A stretch of 64,000 nt of DNA from positions 9,202-73,201 of the forward strand of contig JAFYRK010000002.1 of NCBI GenBank assembly GCA_017559545.1, given 5' to 3'. Source of the stretch: Bacteroidales bacterium. Lineage in GTDB: Bacteria > Bacteroidota > Bacteroidia > Bacteroidales > UBA932. The position numbers and the translations under genes are program-made. Below, one piece after another: positions 49,938 to 60,273 of this stretch. Position 1 is the stretch's first letter. Every line of letters begins with the position of its first letter. The notes beneath the pieces are model-generated. The model was given only the letters and a program-made list of their open reading frames with translations, did not search any database and was not told the DNA's origin.

Positions 49938-50936
49938 ATGGCAAAGAAATCTTTCACCCCTATACCTCCTATGGCAGAACTCCCTCCTGCAGAGGAAATC
50001 AACATCAAGGCCGTCCTCGACAAATACCTCTCCGGCGAGATAGACCTCATATGCGTTCTGGGCCCTACTGCCTCAGGAAAGACACGCTATGCAGTACAGC
50101 TCTCCCGCCAGATCAATCAATTGGTTGGTCGGCAAGTAGCTGAAATCATCTCAGCAGACTCAAGACAGGTGTACAGGGGAATGGACATAGGCACAGGTAA
50201 GGACCTGAACGAATATGAGGAGATTCCATACCACCTCATGGACATCGTGGATGCCGGCACAAAGTACAACATCTTTGAGTACCAGAGGGACTTTGAGAAA
50301 GCGTACAAGGACATCGTAGACCGAGGAGGCATCCCGATTCTTTGCGGCGGAAGCGGACTGTATATCGAAGCGGCAACATGTGGATACTCTTTGCCAGAAG
50401 TACCACCTGACCCGGAACTTCGAGCTGAACTTGAGAAAAAGTCGGACGAAGAACTCATAGCACAGCTCGCATCACTCAAGCCTCTGCATAATAATACGGA
50501 TTATGACACACGTAAACGTCTGATACGTGCACTCGAGATAGCGATTTACGAGTCAGAGCACCCTGTGCAGCGCTCCTGCTACCTTCCGAAGAATACATAC
50601 TACATCGGAACATTGGTATCACGCGAAGTGCGCAATGCCAAAATCGATGCCCGTCTGGATGCAAGGCTGGAAGAAGGTATGGTCGACGAAATCCGCGGCC
50701 TGATCGACGGCACACATCCGGCTTTGGCACCGAACCATACTCCAATCCCGTCAGAAGACCTCATCTACTATGGTCTTGAGTACAAATTCGTTACGCTTTA
50801 TCTGATCGGAGAACTCTCTTTCGAACAGATGCGCACACAGCTCGCCACTGCAATCCACCAGTTCGCAAAGCGACAGATGACCTGGTTTCGCGGAATGGAA
50901 CGCAAAGGCATCACCATCCATTGGACAGCAGTATAA
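49938..50936 (+). CDS. miaA: tRNA dimethylallyltransferase
   Basis: GPTASGKT, ISADSRQVYRGMDIGTGK, CGGSGLY and FAKRQMTWFR. Confidence 0.95.
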   Translation: MAKKSFTPIPPMAELPPAEEINIKAVLDKYLSGEIDLICVLGPTASGKTRYAVQLSRQINQLVGRQVAEIISADSRQVYRGMDIGTGKDLNEYEEIPYHLMDIVDAGTKYNIFEYQRDFEKAYKDIVDRGGIPILCGGSGLYIEAATCGYSLPEVPPDPELRAELEKKSDEELIAQLASLKPLHNNTDYDTRKRLIRALEIAIYESEHPVQRSCYLPKNTYYIGTLVSREVRNAKIDARLDARLEEGMVDEIRGLIDGTHPALAPNHTPIPSEDLIYYGLEYKFVTLYLIGELSFEQMRTQLATAIHQFAKRQMTWFRGMERKGITIHWTAV

Positions 50937-50979
50937 GAACTATGTTGATTATCAAAACTGAAAGCTTTCAGTTTATGTG

Positions 50980-51804
50980 TTACTGTTCCGGATAGAACTT
51001 AGAGGCGACAGGAAGACCGGAAGGGATAACGAAATGATGTCCCTCGTCTTTCCATGTGTCTTCATCCCATTCCGGCGAAATATAATCACCCACGTGATCC
51101 GCCAGGAATGCCAGATATGTGATCGGGAAGCCTTGTGCAAGATATTGCGACTCATAGAATGTCTGAACCTCGAACAATGCATCTACGGCACTGCGACCCG
51201 ACACTGAAGAAAGCTCACTGGCATAAAGTTGCTCTCTGTCCTCTCCATATATGTCAGTTCCATATGCGAGGATCTTCAGACCATTCTGACGTGCCATCGC
51301 TATAGAGTACTCGTGAAGATAGCGGCTGTCAGTCTTAAGGTGCACGATACCGCCAGCCTTAAGGAAATTGCGATATCGGTTCATAAACAAAGGCGCTGTC
51401 AGACGCTTCTTCTCACGTCCGATCTGCGGGTCTGCGAAAGTTATCCATATCTCAGAAACCTCACCAGGAGCAAAGAGCGACTCTATGAATTCAATGCGCG
51501 TGCGGAGAAAACCGACATTCTCAAGTCCATGCTCCTCAGCATATTTAGCTCCTTTCCAAAGACGCGCTCCCTTGATATCCACACCGATATAGTTACATGA
51601 TGGATTGCGTTCGGCAAGGTCAATAGTATAGTCTCCCTTACCGCAACCCAACTCAAGGACTATCGGGTTATCGTTGCCGAAGAAATCCCGGCCCCAATTT
51701 CCCTTCATCGGGTGGTCACAGTTCAGTACCTCTGATGTCGTCGGCTGGATCAGACACTCGAAGGTCTCGTTTTCCTGGAATTTTCTTAGTTTATCCTTTC
51801 CCAT
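50980..51804 (-). CDS. trmB: tRNA (guanine-N7)-methyltransferase
   Basis: LELGCGKG, GVDIKGAR, WITFADPQ, KRLT and HLKTDS. Confidence 0.93.
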   Translation of the reverse strand: MGKDKLRKFQENETFECLIQPTTSEVLNCDHPMKGNWGRDFFGNDNPIVLELGCGKGDYTIDLAERNPSCNYIGVDIKGARLWKGAKYAEEHGLENVGFLRTRIEFIESLFAPGEVSEIWITFADPQIGREKKRLTAPLFMNRYRNFLKAGGIVHLKTDSRYLHEYSIAMARQNGLKILAYGTDIYGEDREQLYASELSSVSGRSAVDALFEVQTFYESQYLAQGFPITYLAFLADHVGDYISPEWDEDTWKDEGHHFVIPSGLPVASKFYPEQ

Positions 51805-51816
51805 TTTCCTTTCTAT

Positions 51817-53091
51817 TTACTCACCCTTTGGCTCCTTCTTAGGACGGTCGCCACCTCTGTGAGGTCTGTGGCCACGTCCACCTCTATTACCTCCACGCTT
51901 TCCTTCCTCAGGCTTAGGTGCCTCAGTCGGAGCATCCTGGCCCTCTGCCTTCGGAGCACTCTTCTGTGACGGCTTCTTCTTTTTCTTCTTACGTTTGCGA
52001 GCTTCGTCGAACCTGTTGATAGCGTCATCTCCTACCGCAGTCACAAACTCCGGTGCAGCAGGAACATCGTCAACCTTGAGCGACTCCGGTTTCTCACCAC
52101 GACGGTTCATCTTGATGATCTCCCAGACATCCTCGGCATAAAGAGGATAGAGGTTTGCAAGCGAAGACTTATCATAAGAGAAGTACATGATCTCACGGAG
52201 GATATCCGTCTTCATCAGATATGCAAGTCCATCTTCGAACTCAAGCGGTTCATAAACCTTAGGTATACGGCTCTGAGCATCCATATATACTGCTGTCTCA
52301 TAGTTCAGACAGCACTTTAGCTTACCACACTGTCCGGCCAGTTTCTGAGGATTCAGAGAGAGATCCTGACAACGGGCTGCTGAGGTAGTGATAGACTGGA
52401 AAGCAGATATATAGTTAGAACAGCAAAGTTCACGGCCACAAACTCCGAGACCTCCGATAAGACCTGCCTCCTGACGTGCTCCGATCTGCTTCATCTCAAT
52501 CCTGATACGGAACTCATCAGCAAAGACCTTGATAAGCTGACGGAAATCCACGCGACCGTCTGCTATATAATAGAAGATAGCCTTAGTACCATCACCTTGG
52601 AACTCCACATCTCCGATTTTCATCTCAAGACCCAGTTCTGCCGCAATCTGACGCGAACGGATCATGGTCTCATGCTCACGGGCAATCGCCTCCTGCCAAC
52701 GTTCTATATCGAATTGCTTTGCCTTGCGATATATCTTCTTGAACTCATATGTCTCCGGATTTACCCTCTTGCACTTCATCTGACGCGCAACGATAGCCCC
52801 CTCAAGAGTCACAATACCGAGATCATGACCGGTAGCTGCCTCAACAATCACGAGGTCACCGGTCTTGATGCTCTGACCTGACGCATTTACATATATTCCC
52901 TTACGGGTATTCTTGAACCTTACTTCAAAATAGTCCTTGTACTGCTCCTGGCTCACTCCCTGCAACCAATCATACACCTCCAGCTTGCAACATCCCTGAC
53001 GATAATTGCAGTCCAGCTCGCCTGCTTCAGTCCTCTCAACAGAGCAGCCCCTTGAGCAGTCAAATCTTTTCGGTTCCTTGATATTGTCCAT
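51817..53091 (-). CDS. PSP1 domain / RicT(YaaT)-like protein
   Basis: RVDFRQLIK, IGARQEA..GGLGVCGRELCC and LAGQCGKLKCCLNYE. Confidence 0.9.
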   Translation of the reverse strand: MDNIKEPKRFDCSRGCSVERTEAGELDCNYRQGCCKLEVYDWLQGVSQEQYKDYFEVRFKNTRKGIYVNASGQSIKTGDLVIVEAATGHDLGIVTLEGAIVARQMKCKRVNPETYEFKKIYRKAKQFDIERWQEAIAREHETMIRSRQIAAELGLEMKIGDVEFQGDGTKAIFYYIADGRVDFRQLIKVFADEFRIRIEMKQIGARQEAGLIGGLGVCGRELCCSNYISAFQSITTSAARCQDLSLNPQKLAGQCGKLKCCLNYETAVYMDAQSRIPKVYEPLEFEDGLAYLMKTDILREIMYFSYDKSSLANLYPLYAEDVWEIIKMNRRGEKPESLKVDDVPAAPEFVTAVGDDAINRFDEARKRKKKKKKPSQKSAPKAEGQDAPTEAPKPEEGKRGGNRGGRGHRPHRGGDRPKKEPKGE

Positions 53092-53106
53092 TGTATTTTC
53101 CCGACA

Positions 53107-54162
53107 TTATATATTCATAAACATGCGGTTGACAAGGTCACAGAACACAATCTTGGAACTTACGTTCCTATCAATCATGGAAACGACCTTATCAATATTT
53201 GCTATCTGCTTCATACAGAACCCCTTAGGACACTTAGCCGCCATGTCGGAATAAAAGCCATATTCCTCATCGCTGACATCCGCGATCTGATGAAGATTCT
53301 GCTGGATCATGAAAATTTTCCTGATGCACGAAGCTGCAAAGTTACAAAAAGCTTTCTGTTTTTCACGTGAATCCAAAGCCGCAGCATCCTCGCCACATTC
53401 AAGCACGGACATAAGATCCTTTGCCGCAACGGCATTCATCAAACGGGAGAAAAGGTCCATAAACATAGCACCATCCTCATCCTCCACCATAGGCCTACGC
53501 TCCTGCACCAAACGCTGCTCTTCCTTTGTCAGCGGCATCACACGGATGCTCTGGCAACGCGAGAATATGGTCTGCAGCACCTTCTCGGGAGCATGAGTAA
53601 TGAACAGGAACAATGTCTTCTGAGGCGGCTCCTCCACCATCTTCAGAAGTCTGTTTGCCGTCTCCTGATTCATCTTTTCAGGCAGATAGAAAACCACTGC
53701 CTTATACCCATCATATACAGGTGCAAGCGAAAGTTTTGTAATGATCGACTTGGCTTCCGCTACCGCAATAAGCCCATTCTTGCTCTCGATACCGATAGCC
53801 TTCTGCAGATCTGCCTCTGTAAAATACGGATCAGCCAAAGCCAGTTCTCTCCAATACTTCACGTATGATTCTGAAGTTGGCTTATCGTCCGAGGTCTTCG
53901 GTCCTTTGTTCACAGGAAACACAAAATGCACGTCAGGATGGATCAGTTTCTCCATCTGACGACACGAAGGACATTGTCCACATGAATCACCACCAGAAGG
54001 ATTAGAACAGTTCAGGTACTGCAGATATGCAAGGGCAAGCGCCAACGCGCCGCAGCCTTCATTCTCATATAGCAGCACCGCATGCGCCACCCTTCCGCTG
54101 TCCGCCATGGACACCATAGCCTCCGCAACCGTGCGGTTTCCTATTATATCTGAAAACTTCAT
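53107..54162 (-). CDS. holB: DNA polymerase III subunit delta'
   Basis: RVAHAVLL, CGQCPSC, HPDVHF, ANRLLKMVEEPP and TIFSRCQ. Confidence 0.9.
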   Translation of the reverse strand: MKFSDIIGNRTVAEAMVSMADSGRVAHAVLLYENEGCGALALALAYLQYLNCSNPSGGDSCGQCPSCRQMEKLIHPDVHFVFPVNKGPKTSDDKPTSESYVKYWRELALADPYFTEADLQKAIGIESKNGLIAVAEAKSIITKLSLAPVYDGYKAVVFYLPEKMNQETANRLLKMVEEPPQKTLFLFITHAPEKVLQTIFSRCQSIRVMPLTKEEQRLVQERRPMVEDEDGAMFMDLFSRLMNAVAAKDLMSVLECGEDAAALDSREKQKAFCNFAASCIRKIFMIQQNLHQIADVSDEEYGFYSDMAAKCPKGFCMKQIANIDKVVSMIDRNVSSKIVFCDLVNRMFMNI

Positions 54163-55148
54163 TATTTCTCTCTGTTAGCTGTATAGCGTGCTAGCTTGAC
54201 GAGGAGTTCCTTCTCAAACGACTCAGGAAGAACATCCAAAGCTTCAACTGCCTGATCTACATATAAATCCAGACGAGCCAAAGCATACTCCATACCTCCA
54301 TTCCTCTTCACAAAATCCACAATCTCATCCCTATGCTCCGGATGTCCCACGATATCCCTCACCAAAGCACGCACTCTCTTATCTTCCTCCGGGCCGGCAT
54401 TGACCAATGCACCAAGCAGCGGCATAGTCATCTTCTGCTCAAGGATATCCACTCCCAAAGGCTTGCCCACAGACTCTGTTCCATCATAGTCCAAAAGGTC
54501 ATCCTTTATCTGGAAAGCCCTTCCGAGAGCCACTGCATATGATCTCATTGCCTCAACTGTCTGATCCGGTGCTCCGACAGACAGAGTAGCAGACACACAC
54601 GAAGCTTCAAACAGCGAAGCTGTCTTGCTATATATTATTCTGAGATAGTCGTCCTCTACAGTATCACCGCTCTGCGCCTTCTGCAACTGGAGAAGTTCTC
54701 CCTCTGCAAGGTCACTTAGAGTCTTGGAGAATATCCTTATCACCTTGGAATCAGCCTCATGGTCACCAAGTATCAGGTCCATCGCCTTCACCAGCCAGTA
54801 ATCTCCCAGAAGTACGGAAACTGTCGGACCCATAAGCGCCCTTATCGTCGGCACTCCCCTACGCTGATCGCTGTCATCAGCCACATCATCATGCAGCAAG
54901 GTAGCATTATGCATCAGTTCCGCTGCAGCTGCATAGCGCACCGTAGCCTCACTCACACTTCCATCCGCAGAGCATCCACGAGCAGTCAGCAGCGCCAGAA
55001 CAGGACGCAACTGCTTGCCCGAATTTGCCAGAATCGATCTATTGGTCTGATTCAAGAGATCGATATCGCTTTTCAGCGAGTCTGCTATACATTCCTGGAC
55101 AGCAGTCCACTCCGCACCGAGATATTCCTTTACTTCAGCTATATCCAT
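54162..55148 (-). CDS. Polyprenyl diphosphate synthase
   Basis: GKQLRP, LLHDDVAD..RRG, KTASLF and FQIKDDLLD. Confidence 0.93.
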   Translation of the reverse strand: MDIAEVKEYLGAEWTAVQECIADSLKSDIDLLNQTNRSILANSGKQLRPVLALLTARGCSADGSVSEATVRYAAAAELMHNATLLHDDVADDSDQRRGVPTIRALMGPTVSVLLGDYWLVKAMDLILGDHEADSKVIRIFSKTLSDLAEGELLQLQKAQSGDTVEDDYLRIIYSKTASLFEASCVSATLSVGAPDQTVEAMRSYAVALGRAFQIKDDLLDYDGTESVGKPLGVDILEQKMTMPLLGALVNAGPEEDKRVRALVRDIVGHPEHRDEIVDFVKRNGGMEYALARLDLYVDQAVEALDVLPESFEKELLVKLARYTANREK

Positions 55149-55150
55149 AA

Positions 55151-55684
55151 TCAGTCCTCCAGCATATCCAGCAGCTGGTCAGGAGTCTCCGCAAAAACAA
55201 TGCGATCCATGGTCTCCTGACTAAGCATGCCTGTATGTACATAATGTTGAAGAAGAGCCTTCAGAGGCTGGTAAAAGCCATCATGATCCAGCACTGCAAT
55301 CTTTCCAAAGTACTGTTTCAGGTGGATCAGAGCAAAAGTCTCGATAAGTTCATCAAGAGTGCCGATACCGCCCGGCAGTGCCACAACCGCACAGGTACCC
55401 TCACGCAGCAGAGTCTTGCGCTCTGCCATGGTATCTGTCCAGATAACCTCAGAAAGGTCCGGATAGACATACTGTTCCATAAAACGCGGAATAACCCCAA
55501 GGTGGTACCCGCCACAAGAGTGAAGCTCGTCTGACACCTCACCCATAGTGCCCTTGATTGTACCTCCTGTAACAACACCATAGTCGCGCGAAGCTGCCTT
55601 GCGGACAAACTCGCGCGCCACTACATTATATTTCTTATCAATATTGAAGCTTGCTGAACAAAAAACCGCTATCTTCTTCATCAT
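55151..55684 (-). CDS. LOG family (TIGR00730-like) nucleotide phosphoribohydrolase
   Basis: AVFCSA, TGG..GTMG, MAERK and LPGGIGTLDE. Confidence 0.88.
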   Translation of the reverse strand: MMKKIAVFCSASFNIDKKYNVVAREFVRKAASRDYGVVTGGTIKGTMGEVSDELHSCGGYHLGVIPRFMEQYVYPDLSEVIWTDTMAERKTLLREGTCAVVALPGGIGTLDELIETFALIHLKQYFGKIAVLDHDGFYQPLKALLQHYVHTGMLSQETMDRIVFAETPDQLLDMLED

Positions 55685-55691
55685 AAGATTT

Positions 55692-56345
55692 TTAGAAGAG
55701 AAGTGCCACTGAGAGTGTCACGCCCCCGAAATTCTTGCCATCAAAGACAGATCTCTTTACATTTCCTATGAGTTCGTCAGCATCAGCTGTCTTACCCGAC
55801 GCATCAAAGAGCTGTCCAAAGTTCCAATTATACCTGCAGACCAACTGCACCTTCCAGATCTCAAGACCACCGCCAAGACCGAGTCCATACTCCAATCTGT
55901 TGATGCCCTCCCATCTGTTGGCGAAATCTGCAGACAACCTGGCTGCTGATGCAGTCGAAGCCGTAAGTTCATTGTTAAGCGCATAGCCTACATATGGACT
56001 CACATCCAGGAACGGACGGAACAACAGGAGATCAGGGCCCCATTGGAATGATACCGGAAGTTCCAGATAACCCATCTTATAATCGAAATTTGCCATATCA
56101 GCCATCACACCATCAACCTGCGAACTCTTCATATGGTAAAGAAGAGATGGCTGGATTGCAAAACCGACCGGCAGATGGAACTTGTATGTGATGCCGGCAT
56201 GGTAGCCGGTAACAAGATCAGGACTGATATCCTTGATGCCCGTAAAGCTTGCTCCGCCTACAATACCGAAATCTCCGGCTCTGAGGTTGTGTGAACCCCA
56301 AAAAGTCATCACGCAGAGCGCAATGACTGTCACAATCTTTTTCAT
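55692..56345 (-). CDS. Outer membrane beta-barrel (porin family) protein
   Basis: Signal peptide, GYHAG, IQPSLLY, YLELPV and a terminal Phe. Confidence 0.75.
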   Translation of the reverse strand: MKKIVTVIALCVMTFWGSHNLRAGDFGIVGGASFTGIKDISPDLVTGYHAGITYKFHLPVGFAIQPSLLYHMKSSQVDGVMADMANFDYKMGYLELPVSFQWGPDLLLFRPFLDVSPYVGYALNNELTASTASAARLSADFANRWEGINRLEYGLGLGGGLEIWKVQLVCRYNWNFGQLFDASGKTADADELIGNVKRSVFDGKNFGGVTLSVALLF

Positions 56346-56354
56346 ATCCTTTGA

Positions 56355-56669
56355 TTAGAGGAGAGATGCGATCTTAGCCGCAAGAACATCCTTTGTCGCA
56401 GCACCAACGTGTCTGTCAACAACCTCGCCGCCCTTGAAGAACAGGAGCGTAGGAATGCTTCTGATGCCGTAATCCATAGGAACATCATCGCACTCGTCGA
56501 TATTGCACTTGCATACCAGCACCTTTCCCTCAAACTCAACTGCAAGCTCATCCACGATAGGAGCGATTGCCTTGCAAGGTCCGCACCATGTTGCCCAAAA
56601 ATCCACTACTACAGGGATTTCACTATTAAGTACTTCCGCGAAATTCGCGTCATTAACTGCCTTTGCCAT
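56355..56669 (-). CDS. trxA: Thioredoxin
   Basis: VDFWATWCGPCK and IRSIPTL. Confidence 0.95.
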   Translation of the reverse strand: MAKAVNDANFAEVLNSEIPVVVDFWATWCGPCKAIAPIVDELAVEFEGKVLVCKCNIDECDDVPMDYGIRSIPTLLFFKGGEVVDRHVGAATKDVLAAKIASLL

Positions 56670-56723
56670 AATTTTTAAAATTTAATCCAATCACAAATGT
56701 AATGTTTGTGATTGGATTAAGCA

Positions 56724-56754
56724 ATAATGAGACCCGAAATTCAGGTCTCATTAT
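56724..56754 (-). terminator. Hairpin after the efflux operon
   Basis: ATAATGAGACC..GGTCTCATTAT, immediately after the P-II-like stop codon. Confidence 0.55.
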
Positions 56755-56758
56755 AATA

Positions 56759-57052
56759 TTAATAATACTTCTCTACATTCCACACGAATGCTCTGATGCC
56801 AAGATCCGGAGTCTCCTCGTCCATCGCCTTAAGCTGAGCAAGAATCTCGTCCACCTTTTCATCAGGTACGAATGTAAGCATGGCGTTGTTCATTGTAGGC
56901 CATGCATGGTTGCCAAGATGTGGCAGCCCGGAATAACCTCCACGGCCTGCAATGTCATTCCACATGGTAAAGCCTCTTACGCCGATCTTCTCGATTGCGT
57001 CTGCGATTTCCATGTTATATGCCTGATCATATGCGATAAAAATACCTTTCAT
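56759..57052 (-). CDS. P-II-like (PG0541 family) transporter-associated protein
   Basis: 97 aa, GVRGFTMW..GRG...PHLGNHAWP, last gene of the RND operon. Confidence 0.8.
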   Translation of the reverse strand: MKGIFIAYDQAYNMEIADAIEKIGVRGFTMWNDIAGRGGYSGLPHLGNHAWPTMNNAMLTFVPDEKVDEILAQLKAMDEETPDLGIRAFVWNVEKYY

Positions 57053-57149
57053 ATTTTCTATGTTAAAAATTCTATAAACCGTATGTTAACTTTCCTTCTA
57101 TGGAAGGTTGTGCAGAATAATGGTTCAAAGTCACACAATTATAATCAGA

Positions 57150-60100
57150 CTATAATTGCTTTGCCAATTTGCGGGCCTTGCGGCGCTGCTGCCATGATGA
57201 CATCGACGCGTACACGGTAGGAATGATCACGAGGGTGACCAAAGTCGAAATCGAAAGACCCCATGCCACTACCATACCGAGCGAACGCCACATCTCAGAA
57301 CCCTCGCCCTGGCCCACTGCCATAGGAATCATACCGAGTACAGTAGTGAGGGTTGTCATGAGGATAGGACGAAGACGTGACTGCGCTGCAATGGTAGAAG
57401 CCTCCTCCACGCTATGTCCGCGCTCCTGCATGAGGATAGTGTAGTCAATGAGCACGATACCGTTCTTCACCACAATACCCATGAGGATAAGGATACCGAT
57501 CATACCCATAGCACCCAGAGGTGTTCCTGTAACAAAAAGACCCAGGAGGACACCCACGAATGCGAACGGAATTGAGAACATGATCACGAAAGGACTCATG
57601 AACGACTCAAACTGCGAAGCCATCACGATATACACGAGGATGATGATCATGACAAGGAGCATGATAAGGTCTCCGAACATATCCTGCTGATCCTCATATG
57701 AACCTCCAACCTTGACAGCAAGCTCTGACGGAATCTCGGTATCTGCAAGAATTGCGTCAGTAGCCGCAACTGCGTCCGAAAGAACAACACCGGAAGCAAG
57801 CACACCCGCTACGGTAATGAGACGTTCACGGTTCTTTCTCTGGATCGAAGGAGGAGTGAGGGATTCTACCACCTTTCCAAGTTCCTTGATCCTCACGCCT
57901 TTGCCTGCGTTATTGTAAATAAGGATATTCTCGATATCCTCAATGCTTGTACGGAACTCCGGAGCATATCTTACGCGAATGTTGTACTCGTCTCCATCCT
58001 CGCGGTAATATGACATTGTTGAACCGTTCATTGCTGCACTGAGGTATGATGCTGCTGTCGTACTGTTAAGTCCGTTTACGGCAAGCTTCTCACGGTCGAA
58101 GTCAACCTGATATTCTGGAGTGTACTCATCACGGCTGAGGATAACCTGGGCAAAGGCTCCTGACTCAATCATCTTTGTCTGGATATCCTTGGCTACCAAG
58201 TCAGTAGTTCCAAAGTCATATCCATAGATCTCAACATCCACAGTGGAAGCTCCACCCATACCGCCCTGACCGCCTTCGGTCACACGCACCTTTTTGAACT
58301 CCGGATAATCGGCAAGGATTCCTCGCACAACGTCAGCGATCTCAGAAAGAGAACGCTCGCGGTCCTCCATACTTCCGATATTGATGTTGTATGAAACCAC
58401 ATGTGTACCATTGTTCTGCATCGCTGCGAACGCGTTATCTGTATCAGCCTGTCCCAAAGCGAACGAGCAGTTCACGATTTCTGGAATTGCAGCCACGAAC
58501 TTCTGATGGATCTCATGACCAAGCTCACGTGTAATGCTCTGGCCTGTTCCTGCAGGAAGTTCAAGCTGTACTGTAAGACGTCCGTCATCTGACTTAGGGA
58601 AGAACTCTGTCTTCATATTCGGAGCGATAAAGCCGATTGTCAGACAGAAAACCGCAACAGAGATGAGGACAGTGATTGTCCTATGTCCGATGCACCATCC
58701 GATGAGCTTTGCGTAACCCTTCGAGATAAGATCAAGGAATCTGTTGAAGTTTCCGAAGATCAGGTCATGGAGCCTTCCATGCTTAGGTTTGAAGCGAAGG
58801 AACTGCGAACAGAGCATAGGGATGAGCGTCAGCGCACCCACAGTGGACACAATCATGATGATGGAAGTGATCCATCCGAGCTGCTTGAACATGAGACCTG
58901 CCATACCCTTGATCATGGTCAGCGGGAGGAATACGGCAAGCATTGTCAATGTTGAAGCGATAACTGAGATACCCACCTCCTGTGTTGCATGCACCGCTGC
59001 CTCCTTTGGCTTTGCACCTCTCTCAAGGTGTGTCGAGATATTCTCCAATACCACGATGGCATCGTCCACGACCATACCGATCGCAATTGACAGAGACGAC
59101 ATCGACACGATGTTCAATGTGTTTCCAGTCGCCCAGAGATACATCAGGGATGCAAGAAGTGAAACAGGTATAGAGAGCACGATGATGAATGTGGCGCGCC
59201 ATCTTCCAAGGAAGAGGTAAACCACGAGCATCACGATGAGGAAGGTTACGATGATTGTCTCCTTCAATGAATTGAGAGTGTTCAGGATATTATCAGAACC
59301 GTCAACGACAGTTCTGATCTCGATATCTGAAGGAAGACCTTTCTGAATATCCTTCATGGCCTTCTTTACGCCCTTGATAACGTTTACGGTATTGGCGTCA
59401 GCCTGCTTCTGGATCACGATCTGCGCTCCTGACATGCCGTTGATATACGCCTCCTGATATCTCTCCTCGATTCCATCGACAACTCGTGCGACATCACGAA
59501 GATAGATTGTCTTTCCATTGTAGTGACCCACTACGACATTGAGCATCTGCTCAGCAGATGTAAACTCCTTCTCCACGCGAAGAGAATATGCATTCGATCC
59601 AATATCGATGGTACCTGAAGGAACGTTCTTGTTCTCAGCTGCGATGATCTGTGAAATTCCGGTTACAGTAAGACCATAAGCCTCAAGCTTGTTAGGGTCG
59701 CAATATACCTGGATCTCACGCTGTGGAGCACCGGCGATAGACACAGTACCCACTCCTGACACACGTGCAAGCGGAGTTGCAACCTTCTCATCAAGAATCT
59801 TCTCGAGGGCCTGGTAGCTCTGATCTGCTGTCGCCGCCATGATCATGATAGGCATGTCATCCGCGCTGAACTTGAAGATGACAGGGAGAGACACTCCGTC
59901 AGGGAGCATCGAGTTCACCATATCCAGCTTGTCACGTACGTCGTTTGTCGCAACGTCGATATCCACACCTTCCACGAATTCGAGGGTGATGAGCGCCATG
60001 TTCTCCTTCGATGTCGAAGTCATGTTCTTAAGGTCACTTACACCGTTCAGGGAGTTCTCAAGCACCTTGGTAAGGTTAGTCTCGATATCCTCCGCACTAG

Positions 60101-60260
60101 CTCCCGGATACGACGACATCACCATCACGATGTTAGCGTCGAACTTAGGGAACCTGTCCAATGATATGTTAATCAGCGAGAAAATACCGAAGATGGCCAG
60201 GGCGATGAAGACCAACGCCGTGGTTACCGGATTATTGACCGCTTTTCTGTAAATACTCAT
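57150..60260 (-). CDS. RND efflux permease (AcrB/AcrD/AcrF family)
   Basis: YPGASAEDIE, IGMVVDDAIVVLENI, GIVVKNGIVL and SRLRPILMTTLTT. Confidence 0.95.
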   Translation of the reverse strand: MSIYRKAVNNPVTTALVFIALAIFGIFSLINISLDRFPKFDANIVMVMSSYPGASAEDIETNLTKVLENSLNGVSDLKNMTSTSKENMALITLEFVEGVDIDVATNDVRDKLDMVNSMLPDGVSLPVIFKFSADDMPIMIMAATADQSYQALEKILDEKVATPLARVSGVGTVSIAGAPQREIQVYCDPNKLEAYGLTVTGISQIIAAENKNVPSGTIDIGSNAYSLRVEKEFTSAEQMLNVVVGHYNGKTIYLRDVARVVDGIEERYQEAYINGMSGAQIVIQKQADANTVNVIKGVKKAMKDIQKGLPSDIEIRTVVDGSDNILNTLNSLKETIIVTFLIVMLVVYLFLGRWRATFIIVLSIPVSLLASLMYLWATGNTLNIVSMSSLSIAIGMVVDDAIVVLENISTHLERGAKPKEAAVHATQEVGISVIASTLTMLAVFLPLTMIKGMAGLMFKQLGWITSIIMIVSTVGALTLIPMLCSQFLRFKPKHGRLHDLIFGNFNRFLDLISKGYAKLIGWCIGHRTITVLISVAVFCLTIGFIAPNMKTEFFPKSDDGRLTVQLELPAGTGQSITRELGHEIHQKFVAAIPEIVNCSFALGQADTDNAFAAMQNNGTHVVSYNINIGSMEDRERSLSEIADVVRGILADYPEFKKVRVTEGGQGGMGGASTVDVEIYGYDFGTTDLVAKDIQTKMIESGAFAQVILSRDEYTPEYQVDFDREKLAVNGLNSTTAASYLSAAMNGSTMSYYREDGDEYNIRVRYAPEFRTSIEDIENILIYNNAGKGVRIKELGKVVESLTPPSIQRKNRERLITVAGVLASGVVLSDAVAATDAILADTEIPSELAVKVGGSYEDQQDMFGDLIMLLVMIIILVYIVMASQFESFMSPFVIMFSIPFAFVGVLLGLFVTGTPLGAMGMIGILILMGIVVKNGIVLIDYTILMQERGHSVEEASTIAAQSRLRPILMTTLTTVLGMIPMAVGQGEGSEMWRSLGMVVAWGLSISTLVTLVIIPTVYASMSSWQQRRKARKLAKQL

Positions 60261-60273
60261 AATAAACCGTTGA

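Noticed and set aside
49195-49940. tmRNA (ssrA) or tRNA near smpB
   Set aside because: No tRNA-like GGGGCTG/TTCGA/CCA ends were seen. The gap is explained by hairpin repeats and promoters.
56702-57220. 172-aa plus-strand ORF and the many 60-250 aa ORFs antisense to rnr, GH92, TBDR and RND genes
   Set aside because: They overlap well-supported genes on the opposite strand or in another frame and lack motifs, as expected from codon bias.
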